Source: Pseudorhodobacter sp.
Lineage (GTDB): Bacteria > Pseudomonadota > Alphaproteobacteria > Rhodobacterales > Rhodobacteraceae
Reading direction: 5' to 3'
NCBI GenBank assembly: GCA_029254215.1
Contig: JAQWYA010000057.1
Span: forward strand, 1,128 to 65,127
DNA length: 64,000 bases
The notes beneath the pieces were generated by a model, which ran no database searches, had not been told where the DNA came from, and worked only from the letters and a program-made list of their open reading frames with translations. Below, one piece after another: positions 18,148-27,618 of the stretch. Positions within the stretch are counted from its first letter, which is position 1, and the number at the start of each line of letters is the position of its first letter. A program made the position numbers and the translations under genes.

Positions 18148-19368
18148 CTACAAGCTGAACCGCGCCGCAAGCTCCACATGTGCGGACCAGCGAAACTGAT
18201 CGACGGGTTGTACCCAATCCAGACGATACCCGGCCTGCAAAAGGATCTTGGCATCGCGCGCGAAAGTCACCGGGTTGCAGGAAACCGCGGCAATCACCGG
18301 AAGGCCGGAGGTCGCCAGCGTGCGGGTCTGTGCCTCTGCCCCGGCACGAGGCGGGTCAATGACGGCGGCTTGGGCGGATTTGAACTCATCCGGTTCCAGC
18401 GGGCGGCGAAAGAGATCGCGCGCCTCGGTGGTCACACGTTTCAGCCCCTCGGCCAAGCGCCAGCCTTTGTCGAGCGCGGCAACCATCGCTGCGTCTCCCT
18501 CTACGGCGTGCACCTCTGCCTGCTGGGCAATGGGCAGCGCAAAGGTGCCAGCGCCAGCAAAAAGATCAACAACGCGGCGCGCAGGGCCAATCGCCTCGAT
18601 CACGGCAGCAACAAGGTTTGCCTGCCCGTCCTCGGTCGCTTGCAAAAACGCGCCGGGGGGCGGGGCGACCAAGGCCTTGCCCATTTGCTGCATCGGCGCC
18701 ACGCGAAGGGCGACAACCTCCCCCTCCCATGTCAGGCGCGACAGGCCAAAGCGTTCCGCGACGCGGGCCAGCTCCAGCCGCAAAACGGCGTCCAGCGGCT
18801 TGCCCCCCGTGACCGAGACATCCGGCCCACCAAGGCTATGCGTCACGGTCAAGGCGAGTTCGGCCTTCCGGGAACCGCCCGTCATCACCAAAGCCTCAAG
18901 CGCCGGGAAGGCGGCCATCACCTCGGGCCGCAGCAGCAGACAATTCGGAATCGCGACCAACGTATCGGAAGCCCGCGCATGAAACCCAAGCAATACCCCC
19001 GATTTCGTGCGCCGCGCCGCCAGAACCGCCCGCCGCCGCGATTGCGCGGGCGAGGTGATAACAGGCCGGATCTCGGTCGAGATGCCCTGCCCCGCCAGCG
19101 CCGAGGCAATCACCTCGCGCTTCCATTCTGCGACAAAACTGTCCGAGGCGTGTTGCATCAAGCAGCCGCCGCAGGTCTTGGCATGAGAACAGGGTGGGCG
19201 GACCCGATCGGCGGAGGGCGTCACGATCCGGGCGTTGACCAATCGGTCGCCCGCAATCTCTCCGGTCACCTCTTCACCGGGCAGCATCTGGGACACAAAG
19301 ACCTGACCCTCTGCCGTCTGGGCAATCGCATCGCCCAAATGACCCAATCGTTCAATCGTCAGTTTCAC
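18148..19368 (-). CDS. class I SAM-dependent RNA methyltransferase (RumA/TrmA family)
   Basis: TRAM-like N-terminus (KLTIERLGHLGDAIA), Cys cluster CSHAKTCGGC, SAM motif VVDLFAGAGTF, C-terminal VSCNPVTFARD. Proposed GTG start at 19368 forms a GTGA overlap with the upstream ABC gene stop. The track start at 19416 is TTG. Confidence 0.8.
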   Translation of the reverse strand: MKLTIERLGHLGDAIAQTAEGQVFVSQMLPGEEVTGEIAGDRLVNARIVTPSADRVRPPCSHAKTCGGCLMQHASDSFVAEWKREVIASALAGQGISTEIRPVITSPAQSRRRAVLAARRTKSGVLLGFHARASDTLVAIPNCLLLRPEVMAAFPALEALVMTGGSRKAELALTVTHSLGGPDVSVTGGKPLDAVLRLELARVAERFGLSRLTWEGEVVALRVAPMQQMGKALVAPPPGAFLQATEDGQANLVAAVIEAIGPARRVVDLFAGAGTFALPIAQQAEVHAVEGDAAMVAALDKGWRLAEGLKRVTTEARDLFRRPLEPDEFKSAQAAVIDPPRAGAEAQTRTLATSGLPVIAAVSCNPVTFARDAKILLQAGYRLDWVQPVDQFRWSAHVELAARFSL

Positions 19369-21230
19369 TCTGCCGCCTCTTCCAACCCGATGAACCCGCC
19401 CGACTGCCGGTTCCAATAGCGCGCATAAAGACCATCCATGGCCAAAAGCGCATCGTGATTGCCTTCTTCGACAATCCGGCCATTGTCCAGCACTACAATC
19501 CGGTCCATCGCGGCAATTGTCGACAAACGGTGCGCAATGGCCAGAACGGTCTTGCCCTCCATCACCTTTGACAGGGTTGCCTGAATCGCGGCCTCCACCT
19601 CACTGTCCAAGGCCGAGGTGGCCTCATCCAGCACAAGAATTGGCGCATCTTTCAGGAACGTCCGGGCAAGCGCGATGCGTTGGCGCTGACCACCCGAAAG
19701 CTTCACGCCCCGCTCGCCCAGAAAGGCGTCATAGCCCTTGCGGTCATTGTGGTCGATCATGCCTGCGATAAAGCCATGCGCCTCAGCGGCCTCTGTTGCG
19801 GCGATCACTTCTGCCTCGGTCGCGTCGGGGCGGCCATATTTGATATTGTCGCGGGCAGAGCGGTTGAACATCGCGGTTTCCTGCGTGACCATGCCGATCT
19901 GGCGGCGCAGGCTTTCTTGTGTGACATGCCGGACATCCTGCCTGTCAATCAAAACACGTCCCTTTTCGGTGTCATAGAGACGTAACAGCAGGGAAACCAA
20001 AGTCGATTTCCCGGCCCCTGACGCCCCCACAATGCCCAGCTTTTCACCCGCGCGGATGGTCAGGTTAACACCCTCGATCCCGCCTTTCTTGCGGCCATAG
20101 GCAAAGGTCACATTGTCAAACCGCACCTCACCAGCGACCCGCTCCAGATCAATCGCGTCCGGCGCATCGGCAAGCGTATGGGGGGCGGAAAGTGTGCGCA
20201 TCCCATCCTCCACCTCACCAATAGAGGTATAGATCGACATCAGCGTAAAGCTGACCCAGCCCGACATCTGGGCGATTCGCATTGAAATCGCCCCGGCCGC
20301 CGCAATCGCCCCCGCCGTGGCGCTGCCCTGCGCCCAAAGCAGCAGGGTTCCTCCGATCAGCAGAACCGGCAAGACACCGGCAATAGTCATCAGGGCAAAG
20401 CGGAAGATGGTGGAGATTTGGCCAAACTCCAGCGATCTTTCGCGAAACACACCCATCGCTTTCAGCGCGACCCGATCCTCAAAGGCCGAATGGGCGAAGA
20501 GCTTCACCGTCTTAATATTGGTGATCGTATCCACAACCTGCCCCGTCACCATCGCACGGGCCGAGGCGCGGGCCGCCGAATTCACCCGCACGCGCGGCAT
20601 GAAATAGCGGATCAGGTAAATATAGGCGACGAGCCAGACCGAAAGCGCCACCGCGATCCGGTAATCCACCGCCAGCAGAAACACCGCCGAGCCGATCACC
20701 GAGGCCAGCGCAAAACAGACCGTGTTGATGACCTCGGTCGCCACATCCGTCACGGCGCGCGCGGCCTGCATCTGCTTTTGCGCGATGCGCCCCGCAAAAT
20801 CATTGTCAAAGAAGGTCACCGCCTGGCCAAGCGTCCAGCGGTGCAGCCGGCTCAGGACCAGCGGCAAGACATTCGGCCCCACGATGATGGAGTTTGAGGC
20901 CGCCGAAGCCGCAAAAGCCAAAGGCCGCAGGATCAGGTAGAACCCGATGAAACCGATCAGCAGCCAGAAATTCTGATCCAGAAAAACCGCCGGGCCCGAG
21001 GCCAGCGCCGCATCAATAACCCAGCCCAGCAGCAGGGCCGAGATAACCTCCATCGCGCCTGCAATGGCCGACAGCCCGCCCGCAACCCAAAGCACCGGCC
21101 AACTTCCGCGCAGGCACCATTTGAAAAAGGCCGAAAGCTGTTGCGGCGGCGGCCCTTCAGCAGGGTGAAACGCGTCAATAAAGCTGCCGATCCGCTTCAC
21201 AAGCGGCATGATGTTCGTTTTTTGATCCAT
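19365..21230 (-). CDS. ABC transporter ATP-binding protein/permease (type I exporter, MsbA-like half transporter)
   Basis: 621 aa. N-terminal 6-TM domain. Walker A GASGAGKST, signature LSGGQRQRIALAR, Walker B ILVLDEATSALD. Confidence 0.9.
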   Translation of the reverse strand: MDQKTNIMPLVKRIGSFIDAFHPAEGPPPQQLSAFFKWCLRGSWPVLWVAGGLSAIAGAMEVISALLLGWVIDAALASGPAVFLDQNFWLLIGFIGFYLILRPLAFAASAASNSIIVGPNVLPLVLSRLHRWTLGQAVTFFDNDFAGRIAQKQMQAARAVTDVATEVINTVCFALASVIGSAVFLLAVDYRIAVALSVWLVAYIYLIRYFMPRVRVNSAARASARAMVTGQVVDTITNIKTVKLFAHSAFEDRVALKAMGVFRERSLEFGQISTIFRFALMTIAGVLPVLLIGGTLLLWAQGSATAGAIAAAGAISMRIAQMSGWVSFTLMSIYTSIGEVEDGMRTLSAPHTLADAPDAIDLERVAGEVRFDNVTFAYGRKKGGIEGVNLTIRAGEKLGIVGASGAGKSTLVSLLLRLYDTEKGRVLIDRQDVRHVTQESLRRQIGMVTQETAMFNRSARDNIKYGRPDATEAEVIAATEAAEAHGFIAGMIDHNDRKGYDAFLGERGVKLSGGQRQRIALARTFLKDAPILVLDEATSALDSEVEAAIQATLSKVMEGKTVLAIAHRLSTIAAMDRIVVLDNGRIVEEGNHDALLAMDGLYARYWNRQSGGFIGLEEAAE

Positions 21231-21269
21231 GGGGAGGATATAAGCTTGGATCAGGGAAAGGGAAACCGC

Positions 21270-22403
21270 TCAGCGCATCAACTCCGCGCGCGTCAGTTTG
21301 AAACCAGAGGCGATCCACGCAGCCTCAATCCGGCGGAGTTCTTCCCCCAAGGCCGCACCCTCAAAGGCAGGCATCAAGTCAATGGGCTGGACCGGCATCT
21401 TTGCCCCCGCCCCAAAGGCGAGCATCTGCTCCAGTTCTTCCGGCGGCGGCGTTGTGAACATCGCCGCCCGCGTCAAAACGATGTCGCGCGCAATGGGCGC
21501 GCCGTGGCGATAGGCCAGCTCCTCCACGCCGCGGGTACTGCCCATCTCTGTCCGCAAAAGCGCGAGCCTGCGTGCCTCAACCTTGGACAGGCGCAAAAGA
21601 TCGCAAACCTCTTCGCCGCCCAGAACGGACAAACGCGCGATCCAATCTTTGGCACCGAAATGCACCAGAACCGGCAGAGCCACCGCATCAGCGCCCGGCA
21701 GAACTCGCGCCAAAATCCCCGCCTGCGCCATAGCGGCAACGGCTGGCGAAGGGTCGGGTGCCGATAGCAGTTTGCGCATCTCGGCACCGATGCGTTCCTT
21801 CGAAAGTGTCTCTATTCCTGCGGATAGAGACGCACAGGCGGCATATCCCTCGGCGTCAAGACCGGCCTCAACGTCACCGTACCAGGCATGAAACCGAAAG
21901 AACCGAAGGATGCGCAGGTAGTCTTCGCGGATGCGTTGATCTGCCTCGCCAACAAACCGCACTTTGCGCGCCTGCAAATCCCCAAGTCCCGACAGTGGGT
22001 CGACAACCTCCCCGTCCCGAGATGCGTAAAGCGCATTCATCGTGAAATCACGCCGCGAAGCATCCTCGATCAGTGAGGTTGAAAATGCCACAGTCGCGTG
22101 ACGGCCATCTGTCTCAACATCGCGGCGAAAGGTCGTGATTTCATGCGCAATTCCGCCCGCGATCACCGTCACGGTTCCGTGGTCTATTCCCGTCGGAACA
22201 ACTTTGTAGCCGCCATTTTTGGCAATGTTAGTGACGTTTTCCGGCGTGGCATCCGTAGCAATGTCGAGATCAGAAACCGGCGCGCCAATCAGGGCATTGC
22301 GGACGCAGCCGCCAACAAACAAGGCCTGAAAGCCCGCATCCTCCAGCAAACGGCACAGGTTTTGGGTTTCCGGCCGATCCAGCCAAGCGCCGCTGATCTT
22401 CAT
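21270..22403 (-). CDS. CCA tRNA nucleotidyltransferase / poly(A) polymerase family protein
   Basis: FVGGCVRNALIGAPVSDLDIAT...GIDHGTVTV...RRDFTMNALY. Start at ATG 22403 makes an ATGA overlap with the upstream Nudix gene. Confidence 0.8.
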   Translation of the reverse strand: MKISGAWLDRPETQNLCRLLEDAGFQALFVGGCVRNALIGAPVSDLDIATDATPENVTNIAKNGGYKVVPTGIDHGTVTVIAGGIAHEITTFRRDVETDGRHATVAFSTSLIEDASRRDFTMNALYASRDGEVVDPLSGLGDLQARKVRFVGEADQRIREDYLRILRFFRFHAWYGDVEAGLDAEGYAACASLSAGIETLSKERIGAEMRKLLSAPDPSPAVAAMAQAGILARVLPGADAVALPVLVHFGAKDWIARLSVLGGEEVCDLLRLSKVEARRLALLRTEMGSTRGVEELAYRHGAPIARDIVLTRAAMFTTPPPEELEQMLAFGAGAKMPVQPIDLMPAFEGAALGEELRRIEAAWIASGFKLTRAELMR

Positions 22404-22990
22404 GGCACCAGCCTTTCCGCCAGACCCCGAAGCATCCGTGCCGTCGCCCCCCAGATGTAATAAGGCCCGTAGGGAACGACGTAATAGCCCCGCATCGTGC
22501 CGCGCCATTGCCGTTGTTCGATCCTGAAATTCGACAGATCCAGCAGGAATGAAAGCGGAACGGTAAAGACCTCTTCCACCTCACCCGTCTCGGGCCGAAC
22601 CTCAAAACTGTCTCGAACATGGCCCAAAATGGGGGTGACCGTGTAATTTGTCACGGTTTCATGAACGGGAAGACTGCCCAGAACCTCAACCGCGGAAAGC
22701 GGCAGGCCGATTTCTTCCTGCGCCTCGCGCAACGCGGCGGCGGTCAGGCTTGCGTCACCCTTATCCAGTTTGCCCCCCGGAAAGGCGATCTGGCCGGGAT
22801 GGTGTTTCAGCCGGGAGGAGCGTTTCGTCAGGATCACCTGCGCGCCATTGGGGGACGGCTGCACCGCGATCAGAACCGCAGCGGGCCGCAAGACCCGGTC
22901 CGGGGGCAAAATCACCCCCGGATTGAGATCGTAATCCGAAGAGGCGCCGCTGCTTCGCGTGAAAGCGCGGCGCAGCTCATCAGGCCCCAT
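22400..22990 (-). CDS. CoA pyrophosphatase (Nudix hydrolase, NudL-like)
   Basis: LTKRSSRLKHHPGQIAFPGGKLD...AALREAQEEIGL (Nudix box plus CoA-type upstream motif). Confidence 0.8.
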   Translation of the reverse strand: MGPDELRRAFTRSSGASSDYDLNPGVILPPDRVLRPAAVLIAVQPSPNGAQVILTKRSSRLKHHPGQIAFPGGKLDKGDASLTAAALREAQEEIGLPLSAVEVLGSLPVHETVTNYTVTPILGHVRDSFEVRPETGEVEEVFTVPLSFLLDLSNFRIEQRQWRGTMRGYYVVPYGPYYIWGATARMLRGLAERLVP

Positions 22991-23984
22991 CTTGCCCCCG
23001 ATCTTTGCCCGCCTCAGACCCCAAAGTCGCGGGGTCCAAAGCGTAATGCGCGCCGCAGAATTGGCAATCTGCCGTCAGAACCCCCTCATCCGTGGTCATT
23101 TCGGCAATTTCCTCGGGCGGGTAAATCGACAACGACTGGCGCACCCTCTCTTCTGAACAAGAGCATCCAAAGCGGATCGGCTGCGGATCGAACACGCGCG
23201 GGCCTTCTTCGTGGAACAGGCGGATGAGCAAATCTGTCGGGCCAACCTGCGGGCCGATCAGTTCCAACTCTTCGACCGTATCCAGCAAGACATTGGCGCG
23301 AGTCCAGTTTTCGCCTTCATCCCCGTCCAGAATATCGCTGGGCGACAACAGCCCGCCCTCACCCGAGCCACCCTCTGATGCCACGCCCGGAGAGGCCTTC
23401 GGCATATGTTGAAGCATCACTCCGCCAGCCCGCCAAGCGGGGTTTTCGCCGGGCAGCGTGCTTTTGCCAAAGCTCAGCTGAAAGCGGGTCGGTAGCTGTT
23501 CGGATTGCGCGAAATACGTCTCTGCGCAGGCGGATAGAGACGTTCCGGCAATCGGTGTGATCCCTTGGTAGGGGACCATATCAGGACCCTGATCTATCAG
23601 GATCGCGAAGAAGCCGTTGCCAATGAGGCCGAACGGTTCCGTCGTCTCATCCATCTTTTCGGGGTCAAAGCTGGCATAGGCACGCAGGCGCGCGGGCTCT
23701 CCATCTTCGGTGGGGCCGTAGTAATCGGTTGCGATCAGGCTGACGGGGCCATCGCCGCGAATTTGCAACGACAGTTTCCAGCGCAGCTTGATCGCCTGAC
23801 CGATAAGGGCCGTCAGCAAAGTCGCCTCGGCCACCAACGCCTCTATCTGCGGCGGGTAGTCGTGCTGTTTTAGAACCGCTTCCAGGGCGCCATCCAGCCG
23901 GACGACACGCCCCCGAATGTCGGAGCGGTCAAGTTGAAAGGGAAGGACGGTATCGTCCCATGCGAGTTTTGTTCCAATGGTCAT
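22980..23984 (-). CDS. hslO: Hsp33 family redox-regulated chaperone
   Basis: FQLDRSDIRGRVVRLD N-terminus and C-terminal zinc centre CSCSEERV...CQFCGAHY. Start at ATG 23984. Confidence 0.9.
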   Translation of the reverse strand: MTIGTKLAWDDTVLPFQLDRSDIRGRVVRLDGALEAVLKQHDYPPQIEALVAEATLLTALIGQAIKLRWKLSLQIRGDGPVSLIATDYYGPTEDGEPARLRAYASFDPEKMDETTEPFGLIGNGFFAILIDQGPDMVPYQGITPIAGTSLSACAETYFAQSEQLPTRFQLSFGKSTLPGENPAWRAGGVMLQHMPKASPGVASEGGSGEGGLLSPSDILDGDEGENWTRANVLLDTVEELELIGPQVGPTDLLIRLFHEEGPRVFDPQPIRFGCSCSEERVRQSLSIYPPEEIAEMTTDEGVLTADCQFCGAHYALDPATLGSEAGKDRGQDGA

Positions 23985-24060
23985 GGGGTTTCCTTGACAA
24001 GCCAGCCTTGGCATACCGTGATCATATAGGCACGGCAACCAAGGGACCAAGGGCAGAACG

Positions 24061-24510
24061 ATGATCAGACGCATAGGAGAGCCGCCCGAAGCAGGCCGCC
24101 GATACATCCGCAGACCCGGCGTCTACGCAATCTTACATCGGGAGGGGGAGGTTTTGCTAACCCATCAGGCCGCCCCTTGGCCGGAATATCAACTGCCCGG
24201 CGGCGGCATCGACAAGGGAGAGCACCCGGTCGCAGCCCTCCATCGTGAGGTATTTGAAGAAACCGGCTGGGCCATTTCGACGCCAAAACGGTTCGGCGTG
24301 TTCCGCCGCTTTACCTTCATGCCGGAATACGACCTTTGGGCCGAAAAACTGTGCACGGTTTACACCGCCCGCCCCGTCTTGCGCAAAAGCGACCCGACCG
24401 AGCCGGGACATCGGGCGATCTGGGCGCCGCTGTCCAATGCCTCGAACCTGCTAGGAAACCCCGGAGACAGCGCGTTATTGGATCGTTTTGCCCGCTTTAT
24501 GCGCCGTTGA
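24061..24510 (+). CDS. NUDIX hydrolase
   Basis: Nudix box GGGIDKGEHPVAALHREVFEETGW. 3' end overlaps the convergent gene by 14 nt. Confidence 0.8.
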   Translation: MIRRIGEPPEAGRRYIRRPGVYAILHREGEVLLTHQAAPWPEYQLPGGGIDKGEHPVAALHREVFEETGWAISTPKRFGVFRRFTFMPEYDLWAEKLCTVYTARPVLRKSDPTEPGHRAIWAPLSNASNLLGNPGDSALLDRFARFMRR

Positions 24511-25711
24511 ACCGCAACAAAACGCCCGAGATATCATCGGGAAAATTCTCATGCCCGCAATGATTGGCCAGTCGCCAGATCAACGCCTCCAGCAGGGGCT
24601 CGTTTTTCATGGGCGCATTTTCTTGCAAGAACGCCTGCAAACCCTCTTCGCCAAACTCATCACCGGCTTTGTTCGGACATTCCGTTACGCCATCGGAAAC
24701 CAGAAACAACCGATCACCGGGAGAGAGGTACAGATCGAAGGTTTCGTACACCGCTGATTCGATCAGACCAATCGGCATCCCCCCTTCCCCCAAAAAGGTC
24801 ACTTTCCCCTCTTTTGAGAGATGCACGGGGTGCGGATGACCGGCCTGCACAAGACAGACCCGCCCAGTTTTCAGATCAACATCGGCATAAGCCATGGTGA
24901 AATAATGATCGACCTGAAGCACGTCGAACATCATCTGATTGAGCCGCTGCGCCACCTCAGCCGGGCGCAGGGCGGCATAGCCTCCATCCGCCCGGCGTTT
25001 CATCGCGATGTTATGGGACGGGGATGCGGCGGAAAGATGCCCCGCAAGCCGCGCTGTCATCATCGCAGAGGCAACGCCATGGCCTGAAACATCCACGGCA
25101 TAAAGACCGATTCGCGACGGCGCGATTTCAAAAAAGCCAACCAGATCACCGCCGACCCGCCCCGATGGGCGCAGGAGTGCTGTGACCTCTGCCGCGCCAA
25201 AATCACGGTGACGCTCTCGGACCAAGGTATCTTGCAGCTTTCGCGCCTCGATCAGGTCGCGATCAAGGGTCTCATAGACCAACCGCAATTCGGCCAGTGT
25301 ATCGCCGATCAGGGCGTTTTTTTGCACCAGTTCCGCCTGCATGCCCAAAATACGCTCCCCCGCGCGGAGCCTTGCGCCCAGTTCATCCGTGCTGACGGGT
25401 TTGGACAGAAAATCATCCGCGCCGCCATCCAGGCCATTTGCCACTTCGGCTTTCTCGGATTTGGAGGTGAGCAGGATGAAATAGCCGTAAGGCTTGTTCG
25501 GCAGGGCGCGAAAGGCGCGGCAAAACTCCAGCCCGGTCATGCCCGGCATCATCCAATCGCTGAGCACGATGTCAAAGGCCTGCGCCTGACACAGGGCCAA
25601 AGCCTCATGCCCCGATTCCGCCTCGCAAACGTGATAGCCGAAGCGCCTTAGCGCCAAAGACAGAACCCGCCGCTGTGCACGGCTGTCATCGACGATCAGC
25701 ACTTTACGCAT
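24497..25711 (-). CDS. fused response regulator / PP2C (SpoIIE-type) protein phosphatase
   Basis: REC: KVLIVDDS...DIVLSDWMMPGMTG...SKP. PP2C/SpoIIE: GGDLVGFF...YAVDVSGHGVASAMM...LFLVSDGVTE. Start at ATG 25711. Confidence 0.85.
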   Translation of the reverse strand: MRKVLIVDDSRAQRRVLSLALRRFGYHVCEAESGHEALALCQAQAFDIVLSDWMMPGMTGLEFCRAFRALPNKPYGYFILLTSKSEKAEVANGLDGGADDFLSKPVSTDELGARLRAGERILGMQAELVQKNALIGDTLAELRLVYETLDRDLIEARKLQDTLVRERHRDFGAAEVTALLRPSGRVGGDLVGFFEIAPSRIGLYAVDVSGHGVASAMMTARLAGHLSAASPSHNIAMKRRADGGYAALRPAEVAQRLNQMMFDVLQVDHYFTMAYADVDLKTGRVCLVQAGHPHPVHLSKEGKVTFLGEGGMPIGLIESAVYETFDLYLSPGDRLFLVSDGVTECPNKAGDEFGEEGLQAFLQENAPMKNEPLLEALIWRLANHCGHENFPDDISGVLLRFNGA

Positions 25712-25877
25712 GGCCGCATCTTGCGCCGATGCCTCAACCCTTACCGCCCCGACATCCTGGATCACGGCCCATTCCTCGCTACAAACAGGCTGGGTTCTGA
25801 CATCAACCCCTTAAGGCCGCGTAAACATTAAAATCCGCAGGATTGGCGCTCGGAAGATTTAGAGACTGTTAATCTGG

Positions 25878-26261
25878 ATGCCGGAGGATTTAAGGGCGCG
25901 GGGGCGTCAATGGTCGGGGTTTAGGATGATGATAGATTGGGGCCGTGTAAGTGAACTTCGGGCCGAACTTGGCGGTGAAGACTTCTCGGAAGTGGTCGCT
26001 TTGTTCCTTGAAGAGGGGGACGAGCTGGCCAACAGGCTGCGCGCGGGCATCAGCAGTGCTTCGGTGGAGGCAGAGCTTCATTTCCTCAAGGGCAGCGCGC
26101 TGAACCTCGGGCTCGGGCGTCTTGCCCGGCTTTGTCAGGAGGGAGAGCGCCTTGCCGCAAAGGGAGAGCCTGCGTCCGTAGACCTGTACGAAGTGGCGGA
26201 TATATGGGAGCGGTCAAAAGCCGAATTTCTGGCCGGATTGAACCGACTCGTGGCCGCCTGA
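25878..26261 (+). CDS. Hpt (histidine phosphotransfer) domain protein
   Basis: ELHFLKGSALNLGL matches the HxxKG Hpt signature in a roughly 110-aa helical protein. The start may be ATG 25926. Confidence 0.7.
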   Translation: MPEDLRARGRQWSGFRMMIDWGRVSELRAELGGEDFSEVVALFLEEGDELANRLRAGISSASVEAELHFLKGSALNLGLGRLARLCQEGERLAAKGEPASVDLYEVADIWERSKAEFLAGLNRLVAA

Positions 26262-26264
26262 CCG

Positions 26265-27512
26265 CTAGATCAGAAACTCCGCCAGCGCCTCATCCGCCGT
26301 AATGTCGCGATAGCTGAAGGCTGCGGCATCCATTTTCGCAAAAAGCGCGCTAAAATTGGCTGCATTTCGCGTCTCGATCCCGATCAGAACTGAGCCAAAG
26401 TTGCGGGCCGATTTCTTGAGATACTCAAATCGGGCGATGTCATCCTGCGGGCCAAGCATCATCAGAAACTCCCGCAATGCGCCGGGGCGCTGCGGCATCC
26501 GCAGAATGAAATACTTCTTGAGGCCCGCAAAGCGCTGCGCGCGTTCCTTCACTTCGGGCAAACGCTCAAAATCGAAATTCCCGCCGGAGGTCACGCAAAC
26601 CACGGTTTTGCCTGCGATCTGATCGGCCAGAACCGGCAGCACATCCACCGACAGCGCGCCCGCTGGCTCCAAAACGATGCCTTCGATGTTCAGCATCTCC
26701 AGCATGGTCACGCAAATGCGGTCCTCGGGGGCCAAAAGCACATGGGCAGGGTCGACCCAATCCAGCATGGCAAAGGTATTTGCCCCCAAACGCGCCACTG
26801 CCGCGCCGTCTACAAAAGAATTTATCTTGGGCAGGGTGTAAGGCGCACCTTTGGCAAGCGCGGCCGTCAGGCTGGCCCCGCCCGCAGGCTCCACAAAGCG
26901 GAAATCGGTGGCGGACCCCAAAGCGCGGAAATAGCCGGTCACCCCCGAAGCAAGGCCACCGCCCCCAACAGGCAGGATCACCAGATCAGGCGCGCGGCCA
27001 AGCTGTTCCATCATCTCGACCGCAACGCTGGCCTGACCTTCGATCACATCCGGATCGTCAAAGGGCGACAGGAAATGCGCGCCTTCCTCTGCGCAAAACG
27101 TCTGCGCCGCTGTCAGTGTTTGGTCAAAATAGTCGCCGGTCAGCACGATCTCGATCCGATCACCGCCGAAAACCCGCGTTTTATCAATCTTTTGCTGCGG
27201 CGTGGTGACCGGCATGAAGATGGTGCCAGACACCCCGAAATGGCGGCAAGCATAGGCGACCCCCTGCGCGTGATTACCCGCGCTGGCACAAACGAACCGA
27301 TCTTGCGCGGGGGTCTTGGCCCGGACCTTGCGCATCGCATTCACCGCGCCCCGGATCTTGTAGGACCGCACAGGCGACAGATCTTCGCGTTTCAGCCAGA
27401 TCTCGGCCCCGTAGCGGGCAGAGAGGTGGTCATTGCGCTGCAAGGGCGTCGGATCAAACAGATCGCGCAGGGCCTCGGTCGCGGTTTGGGCGGATTGGGG
27501 AAAGCTGCTCAT
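26265..27512 (-). CDS. ilvA: threonine ammonia-lyase (threonine dehydratase), single regulatory-domain form
   Basis: LKREDLSPVRSYKIRGA (PLP lysine), SAGNHAQGVA, GGGGLASG, C-terminal ACT-like domain. Start at ATG 27512. Confidence 0.9.
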   Translation of the reverse strand: MSSFPQSAQTATEALRDLFDPTPLQRNDHLSARYGAEIWLKREDLSPVRSYKIRGAVNAMRKVRAKTPAQDRFVCASAGNHAQGVAYACRHFGVSGTIFMPVTTPQQKIDKTRVFGGDRIEIVLTGDYFDQTLTAAQTFCAEEGAHFLSPFDDPDVIEGQASVAVEMMEQLGRAPDLVILPVGGGGLASGVTGYFRALGSATDFRFVEPAGGASLTAALAKGAPYTLPKINSFVDGAAVARLGANTFAMLDWVDPAHVLLAPEDRICVTMLEMLNIEGIVLEPAGALSVDVLPVLADQIAGKTVVCVTSGGNFDFERLPEVKERAQRFAGLKKYFILRMPQRPGALREFLMMLGPQDDIARFEYLKKSARNFGSVLIGIETRNAANFSALFAKMDAAAFSYRDITADEALAEFLI

Positions 27513-27618
27513 AAGATTGCTTAGCCAATCGGATTGAGTTTGCCAACGGCCCCCGGCACCTCTTGTTTGCAAGGGCGAAAGCCAATAGACCCGCGCAAAG
27601 TTTTCTCAGACGGAGCCA

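Noticed and set aside
17302-19419. 705-aa plus-strand ORF, the second-longest plus-strand ORF in this part of the track
   Set aside because: It runs antisense across two well-supported minus-strand genes (the sodium channel and the RNA methyltransferase). Its translation is Arg/His/Gln/Pro-rich with no motif. This is typical of a stop-poor shadow frame in GC-rich DNA.
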